Origin: Lytechinus pictus
Lineage: Eukaryota
DNA length: 64,000 nucleotides
Direction: 5' to 3'
Assembly (NCBI RefSeq): GCF_037042905.1
Contig: NC_087251.1
Coordinates: 22,694,001-22,758,000, forward strand
Shown here: in pieces, positions 52,201 to 64,000 of the stretch
Numbering within the stretch: position 1 is the first letter of the stretch
Layout: the number at the start of each line of letters is the position of its first letter
Notes under the pieces: model-generated
What the model was told of the DNA's origin: nothing
The model's database searches: none
What the model saw: the letters and a program-made list of their open reading frames with translations, nothing else
Program-made: the position numbers and the translations under genes

Positions 52201-55200
52201 TGTGTGGGGTGGCAGCCAGTATGTTCTTATTTACATGATCGATGCCCATCTAGCAAAATGTTTCCTCTATGTCCAAAGAAATGGTTGCATACACAAAGTG
52301 ATGCTCTATGACATATCTGAAAAAACTGCTACATTTGTGACTTTTTCGGGTGCAGTTTATGAGCCCTGCTTATTGATTATTAAGGTAATATTGCAATATT
52401 CTGTTGAAGGTCCTATCAACGATATAGCTATAAAAAAAAATGGTTACATCATTTGCGGCATGTTTGTGGATAGCTTTAGTATATGAACAAGGGATGGGTT
52501 AGAAACCGTGGAAAAGATTTGCTTATTTGACCATCTTTTACTCCTCATATATTATTATCAGAAAAGAAACAAAGTATCTGTACTTTCAAACAAAATATTT
52601 TCAATTGTGGCATAGCTAAACGAACTCCAAACTAATCAACTCCTGTCCAGCTTTTATTATATTTTGAAGAAACTGGTTGTCCAAAAAGTTATCAAAATAG
52701 ACTTGAGAAACTTCTTGAGAAAATATACAGATAAGAAATTGTTTCATTGTTAATCTTTACAGGACTTGGAAATGAAAGTGATGATTCAAGTGACGATGAA
52801 GAAGATATCATTCCAGTACTTGATGCCGTCCAAACAAATGATGTGGGTTCATACTGTTATTTGTATATATTTTCTAATATATGATGATTTGCATTTTATT
52901 TCAGTCTGAGGATATTTAATTTATAGCATATTGTTGTGTGATGTAAATTTATTAACAGGAGATAGCTTTGCATATCCTACAAGTGTTTGAAATTTGTGTG
53001 TGTATATTTATATGTATATTTAACTGTTTGGGTGCTGTGGGTTTGGATCCAAGGCCTTCTGAAGTTTGTGTGCTGTGTGATGTAAAACCGCAAATATATA
53101 TGTTTAGCTTTTTTCAGATGAAATTATAATGTACCAAACACCTTTGCCCTTGGTGATTGAAGTACCATTTTATTTAAAAATTTGGGCATGGGGGATGACT
53201 TCAGTGAATAAATATTGAAAGATTACAGATAAGTGAAAGTAGTTGCAGTTAACACTGATTTCACGAGAAAGTTTGCAAAACCAAGATTAATTGTCACTAT
53301 ATCATCGTGGATCTAGATCTGGTATGGTTGCATAAACTGATTTGTATGAAATCATGAAATCTAATTGTTAAAAGATGCATTTTCATAATCTGGAAAAGAC
53401 TTGCTTCCCTTGTTTAGGGTACTTTTCGAAACTGCATGGTCGTGCCTGGTATCCACTCATCAATGGAAGTGGTCCCCCCGGAATTTGAATCTAACCCCCC
53501 ATTTCTGGGGAAAGTAAAACATAATACCCTTTACATCGTGTGCTAGAGGCGTATCGTTTGTGTAGAAGGAGTGAACAAAAGAAACAAAAGAAACCTGCAT
53601 TTTCAATCGTATTGCATACGCTGTGTACATGTGCGAAATGGGTTCGGCTTGAGAGGTGATCTGACCCATGGAATCAATTGCCAGTCATCCATCAATAATC
53701 CACATTAAATGCAATATCGATTCGATGGACTGTAATGATCTATATCTAACCATTAATTTAGCAAGTTTTTCCTCACTCAATATGTACTCGATTTGTTTGA
53801 AAAACCACTTTCTTATCCATGTCATATTCTATTTTAGGTCCTGCATTTCGAATATCTCCAGCCATCAGTCGTAATACATGCATGTATGGCGCGCGGGTGT
53901 CGCGGGAAAGAATTTTGCACACGAAAAGCAGATCTGTAGGGCCTGTAACCCCCCTGTAACACAAATCTTAGCATTGATTGTAGAGCAGTTTTCTACGTTT
54001 GATTCTATTGACTATAATGTACAATCAATCTTAAAATCAAGTGTATGATTAAGCGTCAACTTTTGTGTTAGGGGACCCTAATATTAGCGTCCGTGATGAT
54101 TGCGAAAGGTGGCAATTTTGCTACACTTCATGTACCAATCTAGCCTTTGAGAGCATTATAACTTTTCATTAGTAGTACCAAGCAGAGATGAATCGTTCAG
54201 GGAAGGTGTTCCAAATATAGGGTTGGATGTACATTCTTTATGGAAATACCCAAATTTAATCATGTTTCTTTGCTTCCTCTTCATACAATTGTAGGTAACA
54301 CCCCACAGGCAGGTGTATATCAATCCACCAAGGTTCCTAGACTTCAAGCAGGTGCTAGCTAAGAATGGAATCAGGGCTGAGTTTACTGGTGGTGTTCTTG
54401 TCTGTAATAACACTGTTGCTATAAAGAGGGTGAGGATATAAAGAAGATATTAAAGTGATATTCCATTCAGTGTCGTCTCCGTAAACGAGGGCTACTGTAT
54501 TTTGGACATTTTGGGTGTGATTCTATCTTTGCCCCTGTGATTTGTTGCTTGATCAACTTTGTTACCATCAATTATCATGTTGATTTTTTTCATCATCATC
54601 ATCCCCATGGTGATCATCTTCATTATCATCATCATCCCTATCATTATCATCATCATCAAATTTTCTATTGTCATTTACTTAACCATCATTTTCATCATTA
54701 TCATCACCAGTTCTCATTTTCATTACTGTTACCCTTACTGTACCTGTATGTCACATCATGATTTTTGCTAGTTATATGTATTTGAGAAAAAAGTATCTTG
54801 TAATAATATGTATTGTTCAGCACCTTGTCAAATCAAGTTAAATTTCTTTGAAAGCTTTTGTTTTAGAGCTGATTTAAAGGACAAGTCCACCCCAACAATA
54901 AATTTATTTGAATAAAAAGAGAAAAATCCCAACAAGCATAACACTGAAAATTTCATCGAAATCGGATGTAAAATAAGAAAGTTATGACATTTTAAAGTTT
55001 CGCTTAATGTCACACAACAGTTATATGCACATCCTGGTCGGTATGCAAATGAGGAGACTAATGATGTCATCCACTCACTATTTCTTTTGTATTTTATTAT
55101 ATGAAATATTCTAATTTTTTCATTGTCAAGTGAAACAGTGATTAATTCCTCCCTATACATGTGTAATTAGCATTGTTTAATACTATATGGTTCAGTCGAG

Positions 55201-56150
55201 TTGGTCCCTTTGGTCAAATCTGTAAAAAATGAAATATTTTATAATTCAAACAATAAAAAAAAAGAAATAGTGAGTGATGGACATCATCGACTGACTCATT
55301 TGCATTTCATTGAGTTGTGCATATCACTGTTTTGTGAAAAATAAGCGAAACTTTAAAATGCCATAACTTTCTTATTTACATCCGATTTTGATGAAATTTT
55401 CAGTGTTATGCTAGTTTGATTTTTCTCTATTTATTCAAATCAACATTTTGCTTGGGTGGACTTGACCTTTAAAAACAAGACAGTTATTCTTACGAAGGAC
55501 TGTTATGAAGTTAAAATGTATCTTTGATTCTATGACTTCATGAACTTTTTAACAATAGTAATTGTAAAGAGCTATAAAGATCTTAGGTCCAAGTCATGTC
55601 AGACATTTTTCTTTCTGGATTCCAATGGCATCTTACCAATTGGAAACCAGTATTCCAATAGATGGATGTTTGAAATTAGAGCAAAATAAAATTTAAAAAA
55701 AAAAATTGTGTTCCCAACAAATCAAACTCATTAGAAATCAGTATGTAGAAATATAACTTAGCAATTCCACTTTCATATTTTGATTTAATTGATAAAAGGT
55801 GTAAATTATAATTTGAATATTGTGAGAAATATAAATAGAAATAATACTTTGTATTTTCAGTTAGAATTTATCTTATTTCGCTGTGATAGAATTCATAAGC
55901 ATGAATTTTGTTACTATCACTTACATTGCTATTACACATTATTGGAATCTGATAATAGGCCTCGTCAGATTATTGCTACTCCTAAAAAAGAAGAGAAATA
56001 AATATTTGTTCACAACTGCAATGTTGTCCTAATACATTTTTCTATTTTTATTTTCAGAATGAAAAAGGCCATCTGACTCTGGAAGGAGCTTTATGTGAGG
56101 ATTACTACACCGTTAGAGAACTTTTGTATGAGCAGTATGCCATTGTATGA
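37271..56150 (+). CDS. CPSF2: Cleavage and polyadenylation specificity factor subunit 2 (CPSF100), ~767 aa
   Basis: join(37271..37419,38732..38891,39431..39536,40279..40524,40968..41056,42290..42388,42894..43016,44024..44191,44974..45074,45419..45518,45901..46065,48855..48891,49700..49748,50906..50993,51288..51422,51769..51949,52763..52842,54295..54429,56058..56150) = 2304 nt, all GT-AG and in phase. Runs [44 protein letters not shown] and ends LLYEQYAIV*. Confidence 0.97.
37864..38631. mobile_element. piggyBac-like MITE, same family as 8575-9332
   Basis: TTAA|CCCTAATTCTCCCGGGG...CCCCGGGAGATTGAGGG|TTAA. Confidence 0.8.
39941..40182 (-). mobile_element. 5'-truncated SINE, same family as 62853-63159
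   Basis: Reverse complement of CCCAGCCATGG..GGTGAGGTGAATGGGTACCC..AGCAGGGCC..GAACTGAAGTGGCT plus an AT-rich tail. Confidence 0.8.
41391..41527. mobile_element. Harbinger-like MITE
   Basis: CAG|GGGAGCATTTCAT...ATGAAACGCTCCC|CAG. Confidence 0.75.
41663..42082 (+). mobile_element. tRNA-derived SINE
   Basis: A box TGGCTCAGTCGG, B box GGTTCGAGTCC, ~300-bp body and (AAT)n tail; acceptor stem not intact. Confidence 0.8.
42497..42695. mobile_element. MITE, same family as 13644-13842
   Basis: GGGCAATTCCATA / TATGGAATTGCCC TIRs and shared interior. Confidence 0.75.
43326..43720. mobile_element. Palindromic repetitive element built of short CCAATTCGTC / GACGAATTGG units
   Basis: Left half has CCA..TCGTC units and the right half their complements; related fragment at ~31790-32000. 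Confidence 0.65.
44054..44505 (+). repeat. Tandem triplication (156-bp unit) of the 3' part of CPSF2 exon 8 and its donor
   Basis: Units start TGTGGCTATTC at 44054, 44210 and 44366; GTAAGT donors follow 44191 and 44347. Confidence 0.95.
46380..48548 (+). mobile_element. 5'-truncated L2/CR1-group LINE (RT remnant) whose tail is split off by a nested insertion
   Basis: [50 protein letters not shown] motifs with frameshifts (46380-47446); 3' tail GTAAGCGCTTTG..AAAAGCGC..(AAT)n resumes at 48462-48548. Confidence 0.88.
47447..48461 (+). mobile_element. Helentron-associated (HINE/DINE-1/Tsp-like) element with internal ~165-190-bp tandem repeats
   Basis: T-run then subTIR GTCTCGCCTGCAT; inverse ATGCAGGCGAGAC ~25 bp from a CACTTGTT end; ~4.5 units containing AAGGTCAAAGGTCA. 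Confidence 0.75.
54560..54760. repeat. (CAT)n degenerate microsatellite
   Basis: CATCAT/TATCAT runs. Confidence 0.85.
54878..55468. mobile_element. Kolobok/T2-like MITE in the last CPSF2 intron
   Basis: TTAA|AGGACAAGTCCACCC...GGGTGGACTTGACCT|TTAA. Confidence 0.85.
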
Positions 56151-56612
56151 GGAAGGCCTCACATGGTACATTGAAGAACTTTCAATTGTTACTTTTCCCA
56201 TGCTTCCATTGGATACAATTCATAAAGCCAAGCTATGACAGGCCACCTAATATATTGCACTTCTACCTCACAATTGGTTCCAACTGTGTATTTCTGTCAT
56301 GCATCTGTGTATGGAGGAGTTGGCTTGTCATGAGGGGAAGTCAAGCTTTAAACAAAGTACTGGACAGTGACCGGACAGTATCATCGCAATAGTATCATTC
56401 ACAACACAATACAACTTTTCAGTCTGCATTATTGTTTGTTTTGTATTTTTGTGTATTTCGAGGAATAATCGATTTTGCTTACAACGTGGCAGCCAAAGTT
56501 ACAGCTAATCTTGTCGGAACTGGATCTGACAGCAAAGTTATGGTGAATATTGCTCTCACCAAATGCCTTTCTTGAAATCACTCTGTATTACTGTGTGAAG
56601 GAAGATGTTTAA

Positions 56613-57207
56613 AGGTCAAGTCCACCCCAGAAAAATGTTGATTTGAATAAATAGAGCAAAATCAAACTAGCATAACGCTGAAAATTCCATCAAAATCGGA
56701 TGTAAAATAAGAAAGTTATTGCATTTTAAAGTTTCGCTATTTTTTCACAAAACAGTGATATGCACAACTCAGTGACACACAAATGAGTCGGTTGATGATG
56801 TCCATCACTCACTATTTCTTTTGTTTTTTATTGTTTGAATAATACAATATTTCATGTTTTACAGATTTGACAATGACGACCAACTTGACTGAACCATATA
56901 TTATTCAAAAATGCTAATTCCATATGTTCTGGGAGGAAATAATCTTTGTTTCACTTGTCAATGAGGAGAAAATTAGAATATTTCATATAATAAAATACAA
57001 AAGAAATAGTGAGTGGATGACGTCATCAGTCTCCTCATTTGCATACCGACCAGGATGTGCATATAACTGTTATGTGAAATAAGCAAAACTTTTAAATGTC
57101 ATAACTTTCTTATTTTACATCCGATTTTGATGAAATTTTCAGTGTTATGCTTGTTGGATTTTTCTCTTTTTATTCAAATCAACTTTTTGATGGGGTGCAC
57201 TTGTCCT
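56613..57207. mobile_element. Kolobok/T2-like MITE, inverted relative to 54878-55468
   Basis: TTAA|AGGTCAAGTCCACCCC...GGGGTGCACTTGTCCT|TTAA; interior is the reverse complement of the intronic copy. Confidence 0.85.
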
Positions 57208-57359
57208 TTAAGTATTAGACTTCAGCTGTTTGTACCCAATTTTTTTTTTACTGAAATGAACAATATTTAAATTGGCAGTGCCTGTGACAAGAAAGGGATC
57301 TTGTTTTGTAATTTATAGAATCATGACAATTTGTCTTGGTTTCTTTACCGCCGCGAAAC

Positions 57360-57640
57360 ATACTTACATGTACTTACTGCCTGTTATGCCTCCTGGCATG
57401 AAGAGCAGCAACAGAAGCTCTCCACTAGTCCACTCCCACCTGCCTTGGGCCAGTCTCTGAAGTGACCCCCAGGTCTGTTGGAGGTTAGACATTTCACCCT
57501 CCATGGTCCATCGCCAGGTGTTCTTGGGCCAACCTTGTTTTCTCCTTCCTTCTGGGGTCCCCTGCAGTGCTGTCCTTGTTATGTCATCCACTTCTTTTCT
57601 GAGTACATGTCCGATCCAGCTCCCCCTCCTTTTCATAAGT
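57360..57640 (-). mobile_element. RTE-type LINE 3' fragment
   Basis: RRGSWIGHVLRK..ITRTALQGTPEGRRKQGWPKNTWR is a typical RTE ORF C-terminus. Confidence 0.8.
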
Positions 57641-59846
57641 ATGTATTCCATACGAAATATACTGCCAAGGAACAAATCGATTATGATATGCTTTCAGCAT
57701 TCCGACTCCCTTGTTTCCGTTGTAACTCAAATGACCATCGAAATGTAGTATACCAACATTGAAAATATGTTTTTGATTGTTGTATTACGGTTGCTTGTAA
57801 GTGCCATCTGTTTAACAAGATGGCATGATTTTTTTATCTTGCCAGGTCAACCTTATTATTAGCCTTTGTATGTTGACATGGTGAAATACAATCTTGCCAA
57901 GTCAACCTGTAAAAATTTGTCATGGGGTATTATATTACCATTATCTACTATATATTTTGCCATGATGACATAAAACCTTTTATAAGTCAACTTGGCAAGA
58001 TAAGATAAAAATAGAAAAGCATGACGGTTTGATGAAAATATATCGGAGTATAAGCAGAGTTACAGATTATTTCAATTTCTATTTGTGTCATCATATGTTA
58101 GCAGCTGCCCCAAATGTCATGTTATATAAATTCCATAGATTCCCAGTTTTTGTTGGTTCATAATGGTTGAAATATATTCCTCTTAGAAGTGTGTTTGAAT
58201 AATTGGATCGAATAGATTAAATGCACAAGTAAAGTCATTTTCAATTTTTTTTAAGATTACATCTTATAATTTGATGGTTTTCCTAAGGTGATACTCATAA
58301 AAAACCCATGTAATTTGTTTATAACTGTGAACTCAATTTTTATTGAGAATTCGTTTTTATATGAATGAATGCCAACTTTGGATTGATTAATATCAACATT
58401 ATTTCATCAATCAAATATAGAACAACAAATGTGAGACCTTTTTCCTTGAAACCAATAATGATTTGCTATGCAAGGTTTTCTGTAATTAGCCAAAATAGTT
58501 ACTTTGTCTTCAAAAATAAAAATTTTGAAAATAAGCTTATCTGAAATTGTATCTCTTTTGTCTCTGATCTGTAAAAATTTGAAGCTGTTGACTTTAACCG
58601 AAGACGAGAAGTAACAGGCTTCTTTTTTACACCATTTTATTGTGGACTGCTGGAAATTTAACACAGTTTGAACAATATGCATATGTCATGCTTGAGTGAA
58701 CCCTAAACTTCAAACCCTGTTTGCTCCTTATTGTTTGAAGCTGTATTACTTGTTTAGGACCGTGGGTAATTTTTTATCAATTTAACAAGCTTTGTACTAT
58801 ATAAAAGCTTTCAACTTGCTTTTAAAAATCTCAAAATTAATCTGAGTAACTTGTGTTGGTCTTGAGGTGGAAGGTCACATATCTCAAATTTGTTTTGTAG
58901 CTTGACAGTGCTGCAAACATTATTCAACTAAAGCTATCAAAAAGGAACTCTTTATATTTTGTAAGAAAATGAACTATGTATTTCAATGAAATCCAAGGCC
59001 CTCTCTCTAATTGATTCAAAAGTAACAATTTATTTGTGTAGAATGATGATTTTTCACTGATTCGAAACTATATTCTTTCGAACTACTTATACAGGTCAAC
59101 AGGAATTCTATTAAGTGAATTAAAAGGAGCTCCCAAAGTTAAACATGTTACGCATTATTTTTTAATGAAAATGTACTCCAGAGATTTTCTATCAAGTCAA
59201 CAACACAATTGTCATCTGAGGTTTTTGCACAGGATTAATGGGAATGTTTTGTGAAGTTAATGTAAATATGTAATAAAATTTTCAAGAAAATAAAAATATT
59301 GTTCTATGAGATCCTTGCAACTACGTTGTATGAATAAGAAAACAGGCCATAAGTCGAACGATCACATTTTGAGTTTCACATGGATATGTATGGTTGGTAC
59401 AGTGTATGTGAATGTGGATTTTTAAATGGAAAGAGAGATAAGTATGTGGGGTGGAATGAGAGAAAGAGGGGGGGGGGGGGGGAGAAAAAAGGATAATCGA
59501 TGGAGAAAAAGATATATATATTAGAGGAGAGAGAAGACTAGAGATGGTTGATGGAGAAAGTTGAGGGAAAGAAACGTGCATTGATGGTGACATGTGGAAG
59601 GGAGCAGAGAAGTCGTGAGGAGCTCCCCAAGTGATGGTGAGGAACCATACAATACTGAGCACACTTGCATTGACTCTTCTGAACCTCATCCCTCAATTGT
59701 GACCACCAATATTTATGAATGCCACTTTTTAAACTTCCGAGAATGAATTCTTTTAGCCATAGAAAACACGAAAGGGGCCATTCTAGATAATTTTCAGACT
59801 TTTTTTTTATCAAGCCCTAGCCCTGAATATTAAACCTAATAACATG

Positions 59847-59984
59847 GTCACATTTGCTCTACGGCGGCCGCACGGCGAGTCGAACTCAGCCATTTTATTC
59901 AAACCACCTATATGTAGCTGGTACAAAAAATGTTAAAACGGCTGTTTTCGACTTGCCGTACGGCCGCCGTAGAGCAAATGTGAC
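59847..59984. mobile_element. Palindromic MITE
   Basis: GTCACATTTGCTCTACGGCGGCCG / CGGCCGCCGTAGAGCAAATGTGAC, arms ~50 bp. Confidence 0.8.
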
Positions 59985-60822
59985 AGAGGCATAAGTAACT
60001 GGCAACAGCATTCAAAACCATGTAGACATGATTTTCAAGTTTGTATGAACTACAAAAATTACAAACGCAACAAGGGTTTGATCCCTTTATTTGACCAGTC
60101 TTTTTATTCAAATAATCTCTCTCTTTAAAAAACAAAAGAAACCCCAATGAACACAAGTCGTTTTATAAGAATTATTGAGTCTTGAGAGTAAAGATCCTCT
60201 TATATGAGAGTACAATCAATCATATCACATATTATGTGAAACAAAAAGAGATAATCATGATTGCAAGTTATATTTTTTTTTTACATTCAGTTTCACACAA
60301 AACATCCCGCAAAATATATTCGAGCCAATCTGATCATTTAACCCTTCTACAACTCTTCCTGACCGAAAAGAATTTTCCTCGAGCTCTCCAGCAAGGTGGC
60401 AACATAAAGACCACGCCCATCAGTAGTCAAGGTTCGATTTTCACGCCCCCTTAACGTTAGTCTGTTCGCGGATTTTATTTAATAATTGACCCTCTTTACC
60501 TAATTGAATTATTCCTCTTAAATTCCTTTGTTTATTTATTTTGCTGCATTTAAAATCAACCGTTTTGATATATATCTTTTCTACATATATATTAGTACAA
60601 TATTAAGATAACTCGAGTAGAAATTATGTAAATTTTTACTTCCACCGATCATCATCATGATTGCTGCGCCTTGGCGTAATCCTAGTCGAGTACCAAAATC
60701 TGAACAAGTCAGTCTTCTAAATTTTGTTGACATCGACAACGCATAATTACATCCAGTGTCATCTGACATCATCTAAAAACGTGGCGTTGCTTTTACGACT
60801 AGGTGCACAGTGGTTGTCCAAC

Positions 60823-61635
60823 ATGAATAGCCGCATTTTCTTGGTAACGGGTGCTACAAATGGCATTGGACAGCACACTGCCCTGAAACTGGCCAAGACC
60901 GGCGCAACGGTTCTTGTTCACGGGAGAGCTCCGGCGAAGGTTGATGCCACTGTAGCGGACATCAAGAAGGTTACAGGCAATGAAAACATCAAAGGCTACA
61001 TTGCTGACCTGGCATACCTGGCAAATGTCCGTCGACTCTCAGATGAGCTTCATGCTTCTCATAAACACATTGATGTCCTAATCAACAATGCTGGTGTCTT
61101 TGAAGATGTCAGGAAGGAATCAAATGATGGATATGAAATGACTTTTGCAGTGAATGTCTTGGCACCTTTCTTGTTGACATCTCTCATTCAGGATCTGCTG
61201 AAGGCGGGTACAAAAAGCAGAATCATCAATGTCAGTTCCATCTCTCAGGCCACTTTTCTTGACCTTGATAATTTCCAAATTAAAGACAATTATGGCGATG
61301 GACACAAGGCATATGAACAGTCAAAAATATGTGAGATAATGTTCACCATAGACATGTCTGAACGATTCCATAAAGATGGCATTACAGTGAACTGTCTCGA
61401 CCCAGGAACTGTTAATACCCAAATGTTGCTGAAAAGCTGGGGCCCAGTAGGGATTACTGTTGAGGAGGCAGATAATGAATATCATCTTTCAACTGATGCT
61501 AAATATGAAAATGTCACCGGAGAGTACTTTGTGGATATGAGGAAAACTAGAGCATCTACAGTTGCTTATGACAAGAAGCTCAGAGAAAAACTTTGGAAGC
61601 ATCTCATTAACATAACTGGAGCCCAATATGACTAA
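60823..61635 (+). CDS. Short-chain dehydrogenase/reductase, retinol dehydrogenase/DHRSX-like, single coding exon, 270 aa
   Basis: LVTGATNGIG (TGxxxGxG), DVLINNAG, FAVNVLAPFLLT, INVSS, catalytic YEQSK and DPGTVNT; first ATG at 60823. Confidence 0.92.
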   Translation: MNSRIFLVTGATNGIGQHTALKLAKTGATVLVHGRAPAKVDATVADIKKVTGNENIKGYIADLAYLANVRRLSDELHASHKHIDVLINNAGVFEDVRKESNDGYEMTFAVNVLAPFLLTSLIQDLLKAGTKSRIINVSSISQATFLDLDNFQIKDNYGDGHKAYEQSKICEIMFTIDMSERFHKDGITVNCLDPGTVNTQMLLKSWGPVGITVEEADNEYHLSTDAKYENVTGEYFVDMRKTRASTVAYDKKLREKLWKHLINITGAQYD

Positions 61636-62852
61636 AAAATGCTTTGATATGAATTCATTTTTTTTTTCATTTTACAGTACAAGTAGTTTAAATCCATTCT
61701 AAATTCAGTTTCATTTCTTTTTTCCAGATATGTGAGGTGACAAAAAATTTAAATTATTGAAGTAAGAAAAATGTAATTTGCTATTCAATCTTTTTTTTTG
61801 GTATAGTTTACACATGCAAAATTATCTTTATCTAATTCCAAATATGTATTGCAAAACAATGCTATTTGAAATACTCTGTTCTTTACATTACTAAAAATAG
61901 TATAGTATGTCAAAGATCAAAAGTCATTTCACTGATGGATTTTGTATGTATGATTGCTGTTTTTAACAGAATTTTCTTCAGAGCTCCAAATATTAGTTTT
62001 ATGTGTATGTTTATTCATTTGCACCTATTTAAGGTTGTTAAAAAAATTGTTAAGTTACTCCTAGGGAAAAATATATCTCAATTTGTATTGTTTGTACTTT
62101 GTAGATAATATACAATGTCATTGTATTTCTTTTATTTGTTGGAAATGCAATAAACACAAATTTGAAATTGCATTTGAATGACAGAGAAAGTGGTATAGTG
62201 CCATCTATGGGTTGGGGGGATACATGTTGCATGGGGAGGGGGATATTCATTTGTCAAATCATGGTATTTATTTATGATTTATTATTATAGTTCAAAAATA
62301 TTAATTTTGTTTTAAATTAAGAGAAAATGTAGTAATATAAGATAAAGTTTTAGTTTAAACAATAATGAAATGCTTGACAAGATAACATATGACATGTATA
62401 TGAGCTGCATTGGATGAAAATATACTGTAGTAATATGAGGGAAGTGGGTGTTTGACATATTATGCAAGGGAAGGTCAAAGCCAGAATTTTTAAATAAGTC
62501 CATTTATGCAACTTCTTGGCATTTCCGGGGCCATTTCAATTTCCTAATGTTCACCCGTCAAAATGATGTACTTGGTAAATAAATCATGGACTTAGTACCA
62601 GTTAAAATATATTTTGAATAAAATTGAAAATTACTATCTGTTTTTATAATTGGCATTTTCTCTTTCTTTCTTTCTCTCTGTCTTTCTTTCTTGTTTCTTT
62701 CCTTCCATCCTTCCTTCCTTTTTCCTATGTATTTTCTTCAACAGTTTAAAGTATTAACAATAGTTACTGAATGTTTTATCAGAATTTTAACTTGAATGCA
62801 CAGAAAAGTATGCAGCACTGTACATTCATTTACAAGGTGTAGAGTTCATAGT

Positions 62853-63159
62853 GGGCACGTCGTGGTCTATAGTGGTTCTGACTTTCGCCTTTCAAACAGA
62901 GGGTCGCGGGTACGAATCCCAGCCATGGCGTGTTTTCCTTCAGCAAGAAATTTATTCACACTGCTGCACCCAATCCAGGTGAGGTGAATGGGTACCCAGT
63001 AGGAAAAAATTCCTCGAATGCTTGAGTACCCGGTCAAGGTTGCCATGCTAAAGCCGGGGTGATGATAACATTATATCATGTTAAGCAGGGCCTGCTGGTA
63101 GAACAGTTTTCGGAACTGAAGTGGCTACCCTTGGTAAAATTGTGTCATTATTATTATTG
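62853..63159 (+). mobile_element. Full-length tRNA-derived SINE
   Basis: A box TGGTCTATAGTGG, B-box-like GGTACGAATCC, core GGTGAATGGGTACC and (ATT)n tail. Confidence 0.8.
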
Positions 63160-64000
63160 TAGGCCCAGTTCATGGCAGAAGTTGGAATGCCCCGTATCCG
63201 CATTTCTATTTTCTAGTACACCTGAAGTACCAATTCTCATAAAGAAAAGTGTCTTTTCTCTTCTATGAGATGCATATGTTATATTTTATAAGTTCCTGTT
63301 ATCTTGTGCTATTCGGGTCAAGAGTCAGTTTACCAAAGGAAGTGTCCAAGGTGATGCCAGGAAATTTCAATAGGGGAGGGGCAAAACAATCTAAATATGG
63401 CGTCATAGTTTTCTGAATTCAATTATTATTTTTATTCTGAATTAAACGGTAAATACAGATTTACACGGCCAAAAGCTTTTCTTGTTTTTCTTGTTAGGTC
63501 AATGTATACTCTTCTTCATCTCTGCCATTCTTTTCCCCTTCTTTCTTCATGTGTTCATTTGAGTTATGTCATTACTCTCCTTGAAGAATCACAATTTTAG
63601 CTTTCAAAGTCCATAATTTTGCAAGAGAGTGGAGCAGGCAAGCACATATTTTTCAGGATATTTGTTTTCAGAATATTATTGTGTTTTGGTTGTATGTATA
63701 AATCTATACATGGGGAGAAGGCCTATACACATGAAAATCCCGGGAATCGCTATTACTCCTTGAAAACCTTGAAAACTTATTATGAAAATCATGATTTCCC
63801 ATTATCTTGTGAAGTTGTTCTATTCGAATCACCGCTGCAACTGCAGTTCGTAAGTGGGGGAAGCCCCTTGCTTTTATGATGGGGGAAAGTTTGTTGAACC
63901 ACAACATCGACACACAGTTACTTTACATGGCACACACTTCTTTAGCTGCTCAAAAATCACACACACATATTGGTACACAGGCAAGCAAGCTGCGCTGCAT

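Noticed and set aside
54492..54771. His-, Ile- or Met-rich ORFs
   Set aside because: (CAT)n microsatellite translations.
62853..62925. tRNA-Glu-like gene
   Set aside because: Head of a SINE whose body recurs at 39941-40182.

Overview
Eukaryotic, AT-rich, intron-rich animal DNA. The repeat landscape suggests an echinoderm such as a sea urchin (inference). It carries four host genes: the first coding exon of a stonin-like gene (-), phytanoyl-CoA dioxygenase PHYH (-; 7 coding exons located, 5' exon unresolved), a complete 19-coding-exon CPSF2/CPSF100 (+, about 767 aa), and an intronless retinol-dehydrogenase-like SDR (+). The PHYH-CPSF2 intergenic region is a nested transposon pile. Two non-autonomous Academ-like elements carrying RecQ-helicase fragments, with 9-bp TSDs, sit tail-to-tail. 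One is interrupted by two side-by-side TIR elements. The other is interrupted by a very young 4.4-kb LTR element with identical 152-bp LTRs, non-canonical CG...CG ends and a 3-bp TSD (Troyka-like). That element encodes only one 809-aa protein, with an apparently dead retropepsin domain and His-rich repeats. CPSF2 exon 8 plus its donor is tandemly triplicated in frame. Many MITEs, SINEs and LINE fragments fill the introns. All coordinates were read by eye and no searches were run.
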